64,000 nucleotides of DNA from an uncultured Eubacteriales bacterium (GCA_903835065.1 CAILLO010000077.1:127149-191148); one strand, 5' to 3'; shown: positions 30,903 to 40,901, counted from the first letter of the stretch. Program-made: numbers and translations. Notes: generated by a model from the sequence alone, not told the origin.

Positions 30903-32102
30903 TCAGCGGGCGGAAACCAGCCTCTCGGTCTCGATCGCGATCGCGAGCTCCTCGTTGGTCGGAATCGTGAAGACGCGCACGGTCGCGCCTTCCGCGGAGA
31001 TGTCGGCCTCCTTGCCCTTGACGCGGTTCTTCTCGGGGTCGACGGCGATGCCCATGAACGCGAGACCTTCCGTCGCGCCCTGGCGGACGTACGGGTTGTT
31101 CTCGCCGATGCCGGCCGTGAACACGACCGCGTCGACGCCGCCCATGGCGGCCGCGTACGCGGCGATCAGCTTGCGGCACTGGTAGGTGAACATCTCGAGG
31201 GCGAGCTTCGCGCGCTCGTTGCCCTGCTCCATCGCCTCGTCGAGGTCGCGGAAGTCGGAGCTGACGCCGGAGACGCCGGCCACGCCGGACTTCTTGTTCA
31301 TCAGGTCGTCGACGCCCTTCATGTCGAGGCCCTCGCGGTCCATGATCATGGTCACGAGCGCCGGGTCGATGTCGCCGCAGCGGGTACCCATGCAGATGCC
31401 GGCGAGCGGGGTCATGCCCATCGACGTGTCGACGGAGCGGCCGCCGTCGATCGCCGCGACCGAGGAGCCGTTGCCGAGGTGGCAGGTGACGATCTTGGTC
31501 TCCCCGATCGGCTTGCCGAGCATCTGCGCCGCGCGCTGCCCGACGAAGCGGTGCGAGGTCCCGTGGAAGCCGTAGCGGCGGATGCCGTGCTTCTCGTACA
31601 GCTCGTACGGAAGGGCGTACATGTACGCGCGCCCGGGCATCGTCTGGTGGAAGGCGGTATCGAACACCGCGACCTGGGGGACGCCGGGGATCGCCTCTTC
31701 GCAGGCTTCGATGCCGGTCATGTTCGGGGGGTTGTGCAGTGGGGCCATCCGGAAGCAGGCGCGGATCGCCTGCTTGACTTCGGCGGTGATGATCGCGGAG
31801 CTCGAGAACTTCTCGCCGCCGTGCACGACCCGGTGCCCGACCGCGTCGATTTCGCCCATGTTGGCGATCACGCCGTGGTCTTCACTGGTCAGGACGGCGA
31901 GGACCTCCTTGATCGCGGTGCGGTGGTCGGGCATGCGCGCGAGGATCTTGACGGCCTCCTCGGCGCGGCGCTGGTGCTTGATCAGGGAGCCTTCGATGCC
32001 GATGCGCTCGGCGCCGCCCTTCGCGAGGACCTGGGCGGTGTGGACGTCCAGCAGCTGGTACTTGATCGAGGAGCTGCCGGCGTTGATGACGAGGACGATC
32101 AT
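30903..32102 (-). CDS. ackA: Acetate kinase
   Basis: [55 protein letters not shown]. Confidence 0.97.
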   Translation of the reverse strand: MIVLVINAGSSSIKYQLLDVHTAQVLAKGGAERIGIEGSLIKHQRRAEEAVKILARMPDHRTAIKEVLAVLTSEDHGVIANMGEIDAVGHRVVHGGEKFSSSAIITAEVKQAIRACFRMAPLHNPPNMTGIEACEEAIPGVPQVAVFDTAFHQTMPGRAYMYALPYELYEKHGIRRYGFHGTSHRFVGQRAAQMLGKPIGETKIVTCHLGNGSSVAAIDGGRSVDTSMGMTPLAGICMGTRCGDIDPALVTMIMDREGLDMKGVDDLMNKKSGVAGVSGVSSDFRDLDEAMEQGNERAKLALEMFTYQCRKLIAAYAAAMGGVDAVVFTAGIGENNPYVRQGATEGLAFMGIAVDPEKNRVKGKEADISAEGATVRVFTIPTNEELAIAIETERLVSAR

Positions 32103-32116
32103 GTCTTGTTCCCTTC

Positions 32117-33142
<1,026 letters not shown>

Positions 33143-33217
33143 TCAGAAACTCAATCATTATAACGAACGGGGGGGGAATCCACAAGAAGAAACGAACCGT
33201 GCCGGGACCTGCGGGCA

Positions 33218-33823
33218 TCAGGGCCTTCGGGCCGGTCTCGGCCGGCGGACGAGATACCAGGCGAACAGGAAGGCGCCGAGGGAGATGAGGAAGTCGCCGG
33301 CGCTGACCATGTAGGGAGAGAGCAGGCGGACGGGCAGCAGGTCGCCGAGGAAGCCGAGCGGTGCGCCGTCCGGCGCGTATACGTAGTTGGGGGACGCGGC
33401 GATGCGGGCGATGGCGGCCGAGAGCCCCGCCGGGTCGTCGCGGAAGCTCCGAGCGAGCAGCGGACCGACCGGCATGCGCCCGCCGTTCGCGAGGATGGAG
33501 GCGGCGTTGAGCAGGCTGCCGACCAGGATGAGCCGCAGGCCCGGTTTCGCGAAGTTGAGCAGCAGGAAGGCGGACAACGTGGCGTACTGCAATGCGGCGA
33601 ACGCGACGAGCGGCAGGGTCTCGTGGGCGACCAGCGCGGCGCTGCCGTCGGCGCCCGGCGAAAGCAGGAGGCGGCCCATGAGGCCGGTCGAGACGAACAG
33701 TTCGCAGGCGATGGACACGAACACCAGCCACAGGTGGCGGAAGCGCTTGTGGAGGATCGAGCGGAAGGAGCCCTTCGCGAACAGCCCGACGACCAGGCCG
33801 AGGACCGCGGCTTCGAGGATCAC
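33218..33823 (-). CDS. DUF5317 family membrane protein
   Basis: GSLLN...[25 protein letters not shown]; about 5 TM; begins 1 nt after the HD-GYP stop. Confidence 0.75.
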   Translation of the reverse strand: MILEAAVLGLVVGLFAKGSFRSILHKRFRHLWLVFVSIACELFVSTGLMGRLLLSPGADGSAALVAHETLPLVAFAALQYATLSAFLLLNFAKPGLRLILVGSLLNAASILANGGRMPVGPLLARSFRDDPAGLSAAIARIAASPNYVYAPDGAPLGFLGDLLPVRLLSPYMVSAGDFLISLGAFLFAWYLVRRPRPARRP

Positions 33824-33824
33824 G

Positions 33825-35180
33825 TCACGAGGCCTCGGCCTTGTGGGCCGGCGTCAGCTCCTGCGGGGCCGGCGCGGCGGCCGGCAGCGGTTCGATCCGG
33901 TGGATGGCCCGCTCGAGGGCGTCGACGACCGTGGGCGAGAACTGGGTGCCCGACAGGCGCCGGATCTCCGAGAGGGCCCGCTCGCGCAACATGGCGGGCC
34001 GGTAGGGCCGGTCGGTCGTCATGGCGTCGTAGGAGTCGGCGGTGCAGATGATCTGCGCCTCGAGAAGCTGGCCGTCCGCGGAGGCCGTGGACGGATAGCC
34101 CGACCCGTCGTAGGCGATGTGGTGGGCGCGGATGATGCGCACCGCGTCGGCGAGGAACTCGATGCCGCCGAGCATGTGCGCGCCGATCTCCGGGTGGCGG
34201 CGGATCTGCTCGCGCTCCTCCTTGTTCAGGGGACCCGGCTTGTTCAGGATGGCCTCGGGGATGCCGATCTTGCCGACATCGTGCAGCAGGGCGGCGTACC
34301 GCAACGTCTCCATGCGCTTCGCCGAGAGGTCGAGCACGGTGGCCATCCCTTCGCACAGTTCCTCGACGCGCTTCGAGTGGCCGACCGTATAGACGTCCTT
34401 CGCCTCGATCGAGGACGAGAGCGCCTTGATCGTGTCGAGGTAGCCCTTCTTGAGGGAGCTGTAGAGGACGAACGTGTATCGGGCGAGCATCAGCGGGCCG
34501 AAGAAGAGCACGACGGCGACCCAGCCGAACTGCTGGTACATCAGCGTGATGATGATCCCGAGCACGCCGATCACGAAGAGGCTGGGGATCGACCAGAGGA
34601 ACTGGCCGAACCACTGCCGGATCGTGTTGCGTCCCGTGAAGAAGGTCAAGTAGAGCGCGACGGTCCCCGTGTTGACCAGGATGTACGCGAGGATGGCCAC
34701 GACCAGCGGCGCGAGGTTGGCGCCGATGAACGCGAAGAGCGCCGCGAAGCCGGCGAACGCGCGGCCGGCGAGGAAGCCGCCGCCGAGGGCCGCATAGGCG
34801 TAGCCGCCGGCGATCATCGACAGGATGTAGCTCGCGGAATTGAAGAGCGTCTTGTGGACCGGGGTATTGAAGATGTGCTCCCGCTTGCCGTGCCCGAAGT
34901 CCGAGACGGCGCCGAGGACGGAGACCAGCGCGACCCAGGCGGCCGGCACGGGGCCGAACATCAGGAGGGCGCAGAGATTCACGGCGAAGGCGACGGTGAT
35001 CGCGCGGTCCTTGGAGATCACGACGGCCTGGGATTCGGCGATGGCGCCCATGGCGGCGAGGAAGAGCAGGGCCTTCCAGTTGGCGAGGACGGCGTCCCGG
35101 GCGAACCACGTGAGGACGCCGAGGGCGACGAGCCCCACGGCGACCGTGATTCCGAGGTAGAGGACCCAGATCCGTCTCAT
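33825..35180 (-). CDS. Membrane-bound HD-GYP domain protein (putative c-di-GMP phosphodiesterase with multi-TM sensor)
   Basis: About 250 aa of hydrophobic N-terminus, then KDVYTVGHSKRV, LLHDVGK, HPEIG, HHIAYDGSGYP, ADSYDAMTTDRPYR. Confidence 0.9.
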   Translation of the reverse strand: MRRIWVLYLGITVAVGLVALGVLTWFARDAVLANWKALLFLAAMGAIAESQAVVISKDRAITVAFAVNLCALLMFGPVPAAWVALVSVLGAVSDFGHGKREHIFNTPVHKTLFNSASYILSMIAGGYAYAALGGGFLAGRAFAGFAALFAFIGANLAPLVVAILAYILVNTGTVALYLTFFTGRNTIRQWFGQFLWSIPSLFVIGVLGIIITLMYQQFGWVAVVLFFGPLMLARYTFVLYSSLKKGYLDTIKALSSSIEAKDVYTVGHSKRVEELCEGMATVLDLSAKRMETLRYAALLHDVGKIGIPEAILNKPGPLNKEEREQIRRHPEIGAHMLGGIEFLADAVRIIRAHHIAYDGSGYPSTASADGQLLEAQIICTADSYDAMTTDRPYRPAMLRERALSEIRRLSGTQFSPTVVDALERAIHRIEPLPAAAPAPQELTPAHKAEAS

Positions 35181-35284
35181 GCTTCCGACGCTTTCTCCGA
35201 CGCGACGTCCGCGCCGGAAGGGCCAGGGGGTTCAGGAGTACGACAGGCCGGCAGGAAATCCTGGTTCGTTGCATTCTGACCCGA

Positions 35285-35362
35285 TCAGATGATCTTCCAG
35301 TTCGCGCCGCTGGCGAGAACGAGGGCGAGAAGAGCCACGAGAACGCCGATGATCTTCTTCAT
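35285..35362 (-). CDS. 25-aa signal-peptide-like precursor MKKIIGVLVALLALVLASGANWKII (absent from the ORF track)
   Basis: AGGAGGT RBS at 35374-35380, ATG 35362, TGA 35285; genome-typical codons; basic n-region, hydrophobic h-region, small-residue ASGA, short polar/aromatic tail. Confidence 0.8.
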   Translation of the reverse strand: MKKIIGVLVALLALVLASGANWKII

Positions 35363-35498
35363 TTGTGCTGACAACCTCCTTGTCGAGGACTCTACCCCTC
35401 CGCTAAGCAGGTAGGTTGTCACGCTCCGCTACGCCGGCCTGTCGTCCAGTCGGTGCGCGTACGCCTTTCCGCGGTGGCGCGCCGCTTCTCCTGCGCTG

Positions 35499-35590
35499 AA
35501 TGTATCACGCGCGGAAGCGCCGCAGAAGCGGTTGCGCGGAAATGTAATCCGCTTCGTCGAGTTGTAATCCTGGGACGGGAACTGTAAAGA
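35499..35590 (-). promoter_or_regulatory. Putative promoter of the peptide gene: extended -10 plus phased direct repeats
   Basis: TG-A-TACATT on the minus strand (35499-35507); TGTAATCC at 35543 and 35563 and TGTAAAGA at 35583 (+ strand, 20-bp period). Confidence 0.5.
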
Positions 35591-35612
35591 TAAAGGGCCC
35601 CGAGGGAGCCCT
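35586..35612 (-). terminator. Rho-independent terminator after the 35617-36312 gene
   Basis: AGGGCTCC-CTC-GGGGCCCT-TTATCTTT on the minus strand. Confidence 0.65.
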
Positions 35613-35616
35613 CCGG

Positions 35617-36312
35617 TCATTCCTGGGCGGCGCGCCCCGCGCGGCCGAGCATGCGGTTCAGGGCGTCGAGCACGGCGCGGACGACGGCGTCCTCTTCGCC
35701 GACGCCGGCGCGGATCGTAGAGGAGCCGAGCAGGACGAGCTCGCGGTCCCCGTCCTGGAAGGCGACCGCGGCGTCGATCGCGTCGAGGCCGGCGATCCGG
35801 TTCTTCTGGATCTCGAGGACCTGCAGCAGCCCGTCGGCGCCGAAGTAGGCGTGGACGGCCTCGAGGCAGGCGGCGGCCGCGGCGGTGCGACGGCCGCGCT
35901 CGGACGCGGGTCCGCGGGCCTGTCCTTCGAGGGACTGGCCGTCGAAGGACAGCGTGACGGTCGTCTCGACGGAAGCGTGGTCGACGCGCACGGAGGTCGC
36001 GGCGAGCAGGAGGCGCGGCGCGGACCGGATGACGGTGGGCGTCGGGGAGGCGACGGCGACGGTCGGCTCCATGTCGCGCTGGATCTGCGCGATGCTGATC
36101 GTCTTGTAGTCGACGGGGACGCCGAAGGCGGCCATCGTGCAGGACTGGATATCGCGGACGAGCTGCTTCGGGGAGCGGGAGGTGTCGGCGAGGACGTGGA
36201 TCTCGACGATCCGGCCCTCGTCGTCGGTGACGACCTTGGAGGCGGAAACGCCGGCGATCGCGGAGATCAGCCGCTCGATGTCGGACGTCAGGACGGTCGC
36301 GTTCTCGGCCAT
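35617..36312 (-). CDS. Conserved-looking hypothetical cytoplasmic protein; C-terminal half resembles a LeuA regulatory (allosteric) domain
   Basis: AAGGAG RBS; IVEIHVLADTSRSPKQLVRDIQS...ISIAQI; TVTLSFDGQSLEGQARG...AAACLEAV; EDAVVRAVLDALNR. Confidence 0.65.
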   Translation of the reverse strand: MAENATVLTSDIERLISAIAGVSASKVVTDDEGRIVEIHVLADTSRSPKQLVRDIQSCTMAAFGVPVDYKTISIAQIQRDMEPTVAVASPTPTVIRSAPRLLLAATSVRVDHASVETTVTLSFDGQSLEGQARGPASERGRRTAAAAACLEAVHAYFGADGLLQVLEIQKNRIAGLDAIDAAVAFQDGDRELVLLGSSTIRAGVGEEDAVVRAVLDALNRMLGRAGRAAQE

Positions 36313-36399
36313 CTCGGAACTCCTTCTCCCTTGCGGGACCCTACGACCCGATTCTACCACAACCCGGTCGCGGCGAGGGCTGCAGGGGCGGGCGCGGGA

Positions 36400-37713
36400 T
36401 CATTCGAGCGCGAGCATCGCCCAAAGGTTGTCCACGGCGAACACGAGCACCCGGCCGGTCGCGTCCTTGCGGAAGACGGCGCCGTCGGCGAGGCTGTTGA
36501 CGTCGGTCGCGAGGTTCCAGTCGATCCGGTCGATCGCGGCCTTGTAATAGACGGCATCCCCGGTCATCCGGGCGATGCGGGCGGCGATCGCATAGGCCGG
36601 CACGCACTCGTCGGTCGAGACGGGCGAACCGGTTGCGAGGTCGTATGCGGCATAGACGGCGCCGGTGTCCATCACCTGCGTCCGCAGCCAGGCGAGGCTG
36701 CGCGGGTCGGCCTGTCCGACTTCGCAGAGGTGCAGGACGACCCGCAGGGACTCCAGCGTGTCGACCCAGGCATGCTCGCCCGTGAACGGAAGGTAGCCTC
36801 CGGACGCGGTGGAATACGCTTCGGCGTAGAGCGGCAGGTCATCTCCGAGGAGGCCGCCCTGCACGACCGCGAGATTCGCGGCGTAAACGGCCTTCCAGCG
36901 GCCGTCGAGGAGGGACAGCTGGCGCATCGCCTCGAAGTCGGCCTGGGACAGGCCGAGCGCCGCCACGGTGTCCAGGGGGCGCGGCGTCGGCGTCGGCAGG
37001 GGAGTCGACGTCGGGCCGGGGGTCGGGGTCAGGAACGTTTCGTCGGTCGGGGACGGGGCGGGCGAAGGCAGCACCGCCGTGCGGTCGGGGGCGAGCAGCC
37101 CCTGCGCGTCGAGCGTCGCGAGCAGCGCGTCGGACGTCGCGCGGCAGGCGGCCAGCAGGCGGGCGTCGTGCCAGTGGGCGTACCCTTCCGCGAGGAGTCG
37201 CGCATAGAGGAGCGAGTCGGCGGGCGAGGAAACTGACTGCGTCCCGGAATCGGACGGGCGGACGAGTCCGTCGCTCTCGACGAAGACCGAGGCGAAGGCT
37301 TTCTGGAGCGAGAGGAAGGACGACCGGCGGTCCTGCTCGAGTTCGTGCTGCAGGCGGAGCAGCTGGTCGGAGGCGGACATCGTGTCGGACGTCTCGAATG
37401 GCAGTGTGCCGTCCTTCGACGCCAGGAGGGCCTCGGACAGCAGGAACCCGTTCTTGCCGAGCAGCGCCTGCGAGGTCTTCCAGGCGTCGGCCGCGAGGGT
37501 GGCGTAGGAGGTCGTCGACAGGCCTCCGGCCGCGGAGGTCCGGCTGCCGGGCAGCGCGGCGTCGAATGCCGGTGCATCGCCGGTCGTCGCGCGGAAGAAT
37601 CCGAAAGCATAGAGGACGGCGGCGGCCAGCAATCCCAGGCCGACGACGGCCACGAGGACGACCGGCAGCAGGCGGACCTTCTTCTTCCTGCGGAACACGT
37701 ACGCGTCGGGCAC
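36400..37713 (-). CDS. Membrane-anchored GH8/YdaJ-like (alpha/alpha) glycoside hydrolase homologue, probably degenerate
   Basis: RRKKK then TM; SASDQLL, SPADSLLYARLLAEGYAHW, TLESLRVVLHLCEVG, YAIAARIA..GD; Pro/Thr-rich insert. Confidence 0.5.
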   Translation of the reverse strand: MPDAYVFRRKKKVRLLPVVLVAVVGLGLLAAAVLYAFGFFRATTGDAPAFDAALPGSRTSAAGGLSTTSYATLAADAWKTSQALLGKNGFLLSEALLASKDGTLPFETSDTMSASDQLLRLQHELEQDRRSSFLSLQKAFASVFVESDGLVRPSDSGTQSVSSPADSLLYARLLAEGYAHWHDARLLAACRATSDALLATLDAQGLLAPDRTAVLPSPAPSPTDETFLTPTPGPTSTPLPTPTPRPLDTVAALGLSQADFEAMRQLSLLDGRWKAVYAANLAVVQGGLLGDDLPLYAEAYSTASGGYLPFTGEHAWVDTLESLRVVLHLCEVGQADPRSLAWLRTQVMDTGAVYAAYDLATGSPVSTDECVPAYAIAARIARMTGDAVYYKAAIDRIDWNLATDVNSLADGAVFRKDATGRVLVFAVDNLWAMLALE

Positions 37714-37793
37714 GGCGAATCCCCCTATTCCGCCCCAGTATAGCATCCCGGAAGGGTGCGGCGGCGCGGCCCCCGGAGTATAATCGGTCCATC

Positions 37794-39140
37794 ATGAAGA
37801 CGGTAGGCATCATCGCCGAGTACAACCCCTTCCACAACGGGCATGCACACCAGCTGGCCGAGGTGCGCCGCGCGTTCGGCGAGGACGCCGCGGTCGTCGT
37901 CGCCATGAGCGGCGACTTCACGCAGCGTGGCGAGCCCGCGATCGCCGACAAGTGGGTGCGCACCGAAACGGCCCTGCGCTGCGGCGTCGACGTCGTCCTC
38001 GAGATCCCCTTCGCCTTCGCCTGCGCGAGCGCCGAACGCTTCGCCTCCGGCGGCGTCGCGCTGCTCGCAGCGACGGGCGTCTGCGGACGCCTCGCCTTCG
38101 GCAGCGAGTCCGGATCGCTCGACGGCCTGCTCCCGCTCGTCGACGTGCTCGTCCGGGAACCGGACGCTTTCCGGACCCTCCTCCGGGGCCGCCTCGACGA
38201 GGGTCTCTCCTTCCCCGCCGCTCGCCAGGCCGCGCTCGCCGCCTACCTCGCCGACGAAGGCCTTCCGGGAGACGCGTCGCTGCTCGGGGGTCCGAACGAC
38301 ATCCTCGCGGTCGAGTACCTGAAGGCCCTCCGCCGCCTGGGCGCCCGCGCTCCCGCCCCTTTCGCCGTCCTCCGCGCCGGCGCGGGCTACCACGACCCCG
38401 ACGTCCCGGACGGCGCAAACGGCGAAGGTCCCGTCGTCGCTTCTGCGAGCTCCCTGCGCGCGGCCTTCCTCCGCCCCTTGTCCGTCGGCGGCGCGGGTAC
38501 GGTCGATCGCGCCGGCCTCGGCGCGGCCTTCGCGGCCGTCCGCCGCGCGATGCCCCCCGCCTCGGCGGGCGCGCTGCTTGAAGCCGCCTCCTCCGGGTCC
38601 GCCCCGGTCGGCCCCGAGTCCCTCGCGCCCCTGCTCGTCACGCTGCTGCGCACGCTGCCGGCCGAGCGGCTCGACCGGATCTCGTCCATGGGCGAGGGCC
38701 TGTCCCGCCGCCTGCAGGACGCCGCCGCCGCGCTCGACCGCGAGCCGCGCGAACCCGGCGCCGGTCTCTATGCGACGCTGCTCGAGAAGGCCGCCACGCG
38801 ACGCTTTCCCTCGACGCGCATCGCACGGGCTCTCGCGGCCCTCGCGGTCGGCCTCTCCGAGGAAGACCTCGCGTCGTTCGACGCGGCCGGCGGTCCGCGC
38901 TACCTGCGTGTGCTCGGCTTCACGAAGAAGGGCCGCTACCTGCTCAAGAAGATGCGGGACAGCGCGACGCTGCCCCTTGTCACCAAGGCCTCCGACTTCC
39001 TCGAGCACGGGAGCGACCCCGTCCTGCAGCGGATGGCCGCGCTGGACCTCGCCGCGGCCGACGTGCGCGCCCTGGCGGTGCCGGACCCCGCCCTCCGACG
39101 GTGCGGCGCGGATTTTGACACGCCGGTGCGGATGCTGTAG
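37794..39140 (+). CDS. tmcAL: tRNA(Met) cytidine acetate ligase (YlbM/TmcAL)
   Basis: [51 protein letters not shown]. Confidence 0.9.
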   Translation: MKTVGIIAEYNPFHNGHAHQLAEVRRAFGEDAAVVVAMSGDFTQRGEPAIADKWVRTETALRCGVDVVLEIPFAFACASAERFASGGVALLAATGVCGRLAFGSESGSLDGLLPLVDVLVREPDAFRTLLRGRLDEGLSFPAARQAALAAYLADEGLPGDASLLGGPNDILAVEYLKALRRLGARAPAPFAVLRAGAGYHDPDVPDGANGEGPVVASASSLRAAFLRPLSVGGAGTVDRAGLGAAFAAVRRAMPPASAGALLEAASSGSAPVGPESLAPLLVTLLRTLPAERLDRISSMGEGLSRRLQDAAAALDREPREPGAGLYATLLEKAATRRFPSTRIARALAALAVGLSEEDLASFDAAGGPRYLRVLGFTKKGRYLLKKMRDSATLPLVTKASDFLEHGSDPVLQRMAALDLAAADVRALAVPDPALRRCGADFDTPVRML

Positions 39141-39171
39141 TATTTTCGAAAAACCCGAAGGGAGGCCCGCC

Positions 39172-40395
39172 ATGAACGTCTTCGATGTCCTCGAGTCCCG
39201 CGGATTCATCGCGCAGGTGACCGACCGCGACGCGGTCCGGGAACTGCTCGGAAAGCCAGGTGCCACGTTCTATATCGGCTTCGATCCGACGGCGGACAGC
39301 CTCCACGTCGGGCACTTCCTGCAGCTCGTCGTGATGGCCCACATGCAGCGCGCCGGACACCGCCCGATCGCCCTGCTCGGCACGGGCACCGCGATGGTCG
39401 GCGACCCGTCGGGCAAGACCGACATGCGCAGGATGCTGACGCAGGAGCAGATCCAGCACAACGCGGAATGCTTCCGCTCGCAGATGGCCCGCCTCGTCGA
39501 CTTCACGGACGGACGCGCGCTGATGCCGGACAACGCCGAGTGGCTGCTGAAGCTCAACTACGTCGAGTTCCTGCGGGAGATCGGCTCCTGCTTCTCCGTG
39601 AACCGCATGCTCGCCGCCGAGTGCTTCAAGTCGCGCCTCGAGACCGGCCTGTCCTTCCTCGAGTTCAATTACATGCCGATGCAGAGCTACGACTTCCTGC
39701 ACCTTTTCCGGACCTACGGGTGCCGGCTCCAGCTCGGCGGGGACGACCAGTGGTCGAACATCCTCGGCGGTACGGAGCTGATCCGCAAGAAGGAGGGCGT
39801 CGACGCCTTCGGCCTGACCTTCCGGCTGCTCACGACCAGCGAAGGCAAGAAGATGGGCAAGACCGAGAAGGGCGCCGTCTGGCTCGACCCGGAGAAGACC
39901 TCGCCGTTCGACTTCTACCAGTACTGGCGCAACATCGACGACGCCGACGTCGCGAACTGCCTGCGCCTGCTGACCTTCCTCCCGCTGGAGGAGATCGCCG
40001 AGCTGACGGACCGCAAGGACGAGTCGATCAACCAGGCCAAGAAGGTGCTGGCGCGCGAAGTGACGGCGCTGGTGCACGGCGCGGAGAAGGCCGACGAGGC
40101 CCTCCGGCTGGCCGAGGACCTGTTCGAGAAGGGCGGCCGGAGCGGCTCCATGCCGACGACGACCCTGTCCGAAGCAGACCTGGCGAAGGGCGTCCAGCTG
40201 GTCGACCTGCTGGTCGCGACGGGGCTCGCGCCGTCGAAGGGCGAGGCGCGGCGGCTCGTGCAGCAGGGCGGCGTCTTCGTGAACGAGGCGCCGGCCGGGG
40301 ACGTCGCACGGACCGTCGGGACGGCGGACCTGACGGGGGACGAGATCGTCCTGCGCAAGGGCAAGAAGAGCTGGCACCGCATCGTCGTCGGCTGA
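39172..40395 (+). CDS. tyrS: Tyrosine--tRNA ligase
   Basis: [31 protein letters not shown]4 C-terminus LRKGKK; GGAGG RBS. Confidence 0.97.
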   Translation: MNVFDVLESRGFIAQVTDRDAVRELLGKPGATFYIGFDPTADSLHVGHFLQLVVMAHMQRAGHRPIALLGTGTAMVGDPSGKTDMRRMLTQEQIQHNAECFRSQMARLVDFTDGRALMPDNAEWLLKLNYVEFLREIGSCFSVNRMLAAECFKSRLETGLSFLEFNYMPMQSYDFLHLFRTYGCRLQLGGDDQWSNILGGTELIRKKEGVDAFGLTFRLLTTSEGKKMGKTEKGAVWLDPEKTSPFDFYQYWRNIDDADVANCLRLLTFLPLEEIAELTDRKDESINQAKKVLAREVTALVHGAEKADEALRLAEDLFEKGGRSGSMPTTTLSEADLAKGVQLVDLLVATGLAPSKGEARRLVQQGGVFVNEAPAGDVARTVGTADLTGDEIVLRKGKKSWHRIVVG

Positions 40396-40427
40396 GGCGG
40401 ATGGCGCAAGCGTCAGGGCGGACATGC

Positions 40428-40458
40428 AAAAGGGACGGTCGAAGGACCGTCCCTTTTT
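40428..40458. terminator. Bidirectional rho-independent terminator (tyrS / rpsT)
   Basis: AAAAGGGACGGTC-GAAG-GACCGTCCCTTTTT. Confidence 0.88.
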
Positions 40459-40499
40459 CTCGTGTCTGGGAGCTCTGGAGGCGGGTGCCTCGGAAGGAC

Positions 40500-40760
40500 C
40501 TACTTCGCGGCGTTGTTCGCCTTGGCGATGCGGGATTTCCGGCGGGCGGCCGTGTTCTTGTGGAGGTATCCCTTCGCGACGGACTTGTCGAGAACGACCT
40601 GGGCGGTCTTGACGGCTTCGTCCTTCGCGGGGTCGGACGCGGCGACGGCGGCCTTGGCCTTCTTCACCACGGTACGGATCGCGCTCTTCTGCATCTTGTT
40701 GGTCTCGGTCTTCTTTTCGGTGACGCTCACGCGCTTGATGGCGGACTTGATGTTCGGCAT
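40500..40760 (-). CDS. rpsT: 30S ribosomal protein S20
   Basis: MPNIKSAIKRV...HKNTAARRKSRI; GGAGGTG RBS. Confidence 0.96.
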   Translation of the reverse strand: MPNIKSAIKRVSVTEKKTETNKMQKSAIRTVVKKAKAAVAASDPAKDEAVKTAQVVLDKSVAKGYLHKNTAARRKSRIAKANNAAK

Positions 40761-40901
40761 TTCTTCACCTCCTGTCCAGAACTCCATGAATGATACCACG
40801 GGCCTCCGCGTCTGTGCAAGACCGAGATGCAGGCGTTGCAGGACAATCGGCCAGGATGTGGTATAGTGGGGTCGATGAACAAACGAATCAAGGAGGATTC
40901 C

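Noticed and set aside
35363-35495. Possible c-di-GMP-I or -II riboswitch in the peptide leader (tempting given the HD-GYP gene)
   Set aside because: I could not find the GGCAAA/GAAA...GACGCAAA pattern of class I or the class II kink-turn/pseudoknot pattern; reported only as an unassigned structured leader.
36980-37065. Short GC-rich repeats
   Set aside because: They encode a Pro/Thr linker (PTPGPTSTPLPTPTP) within the GH8-like CDS.
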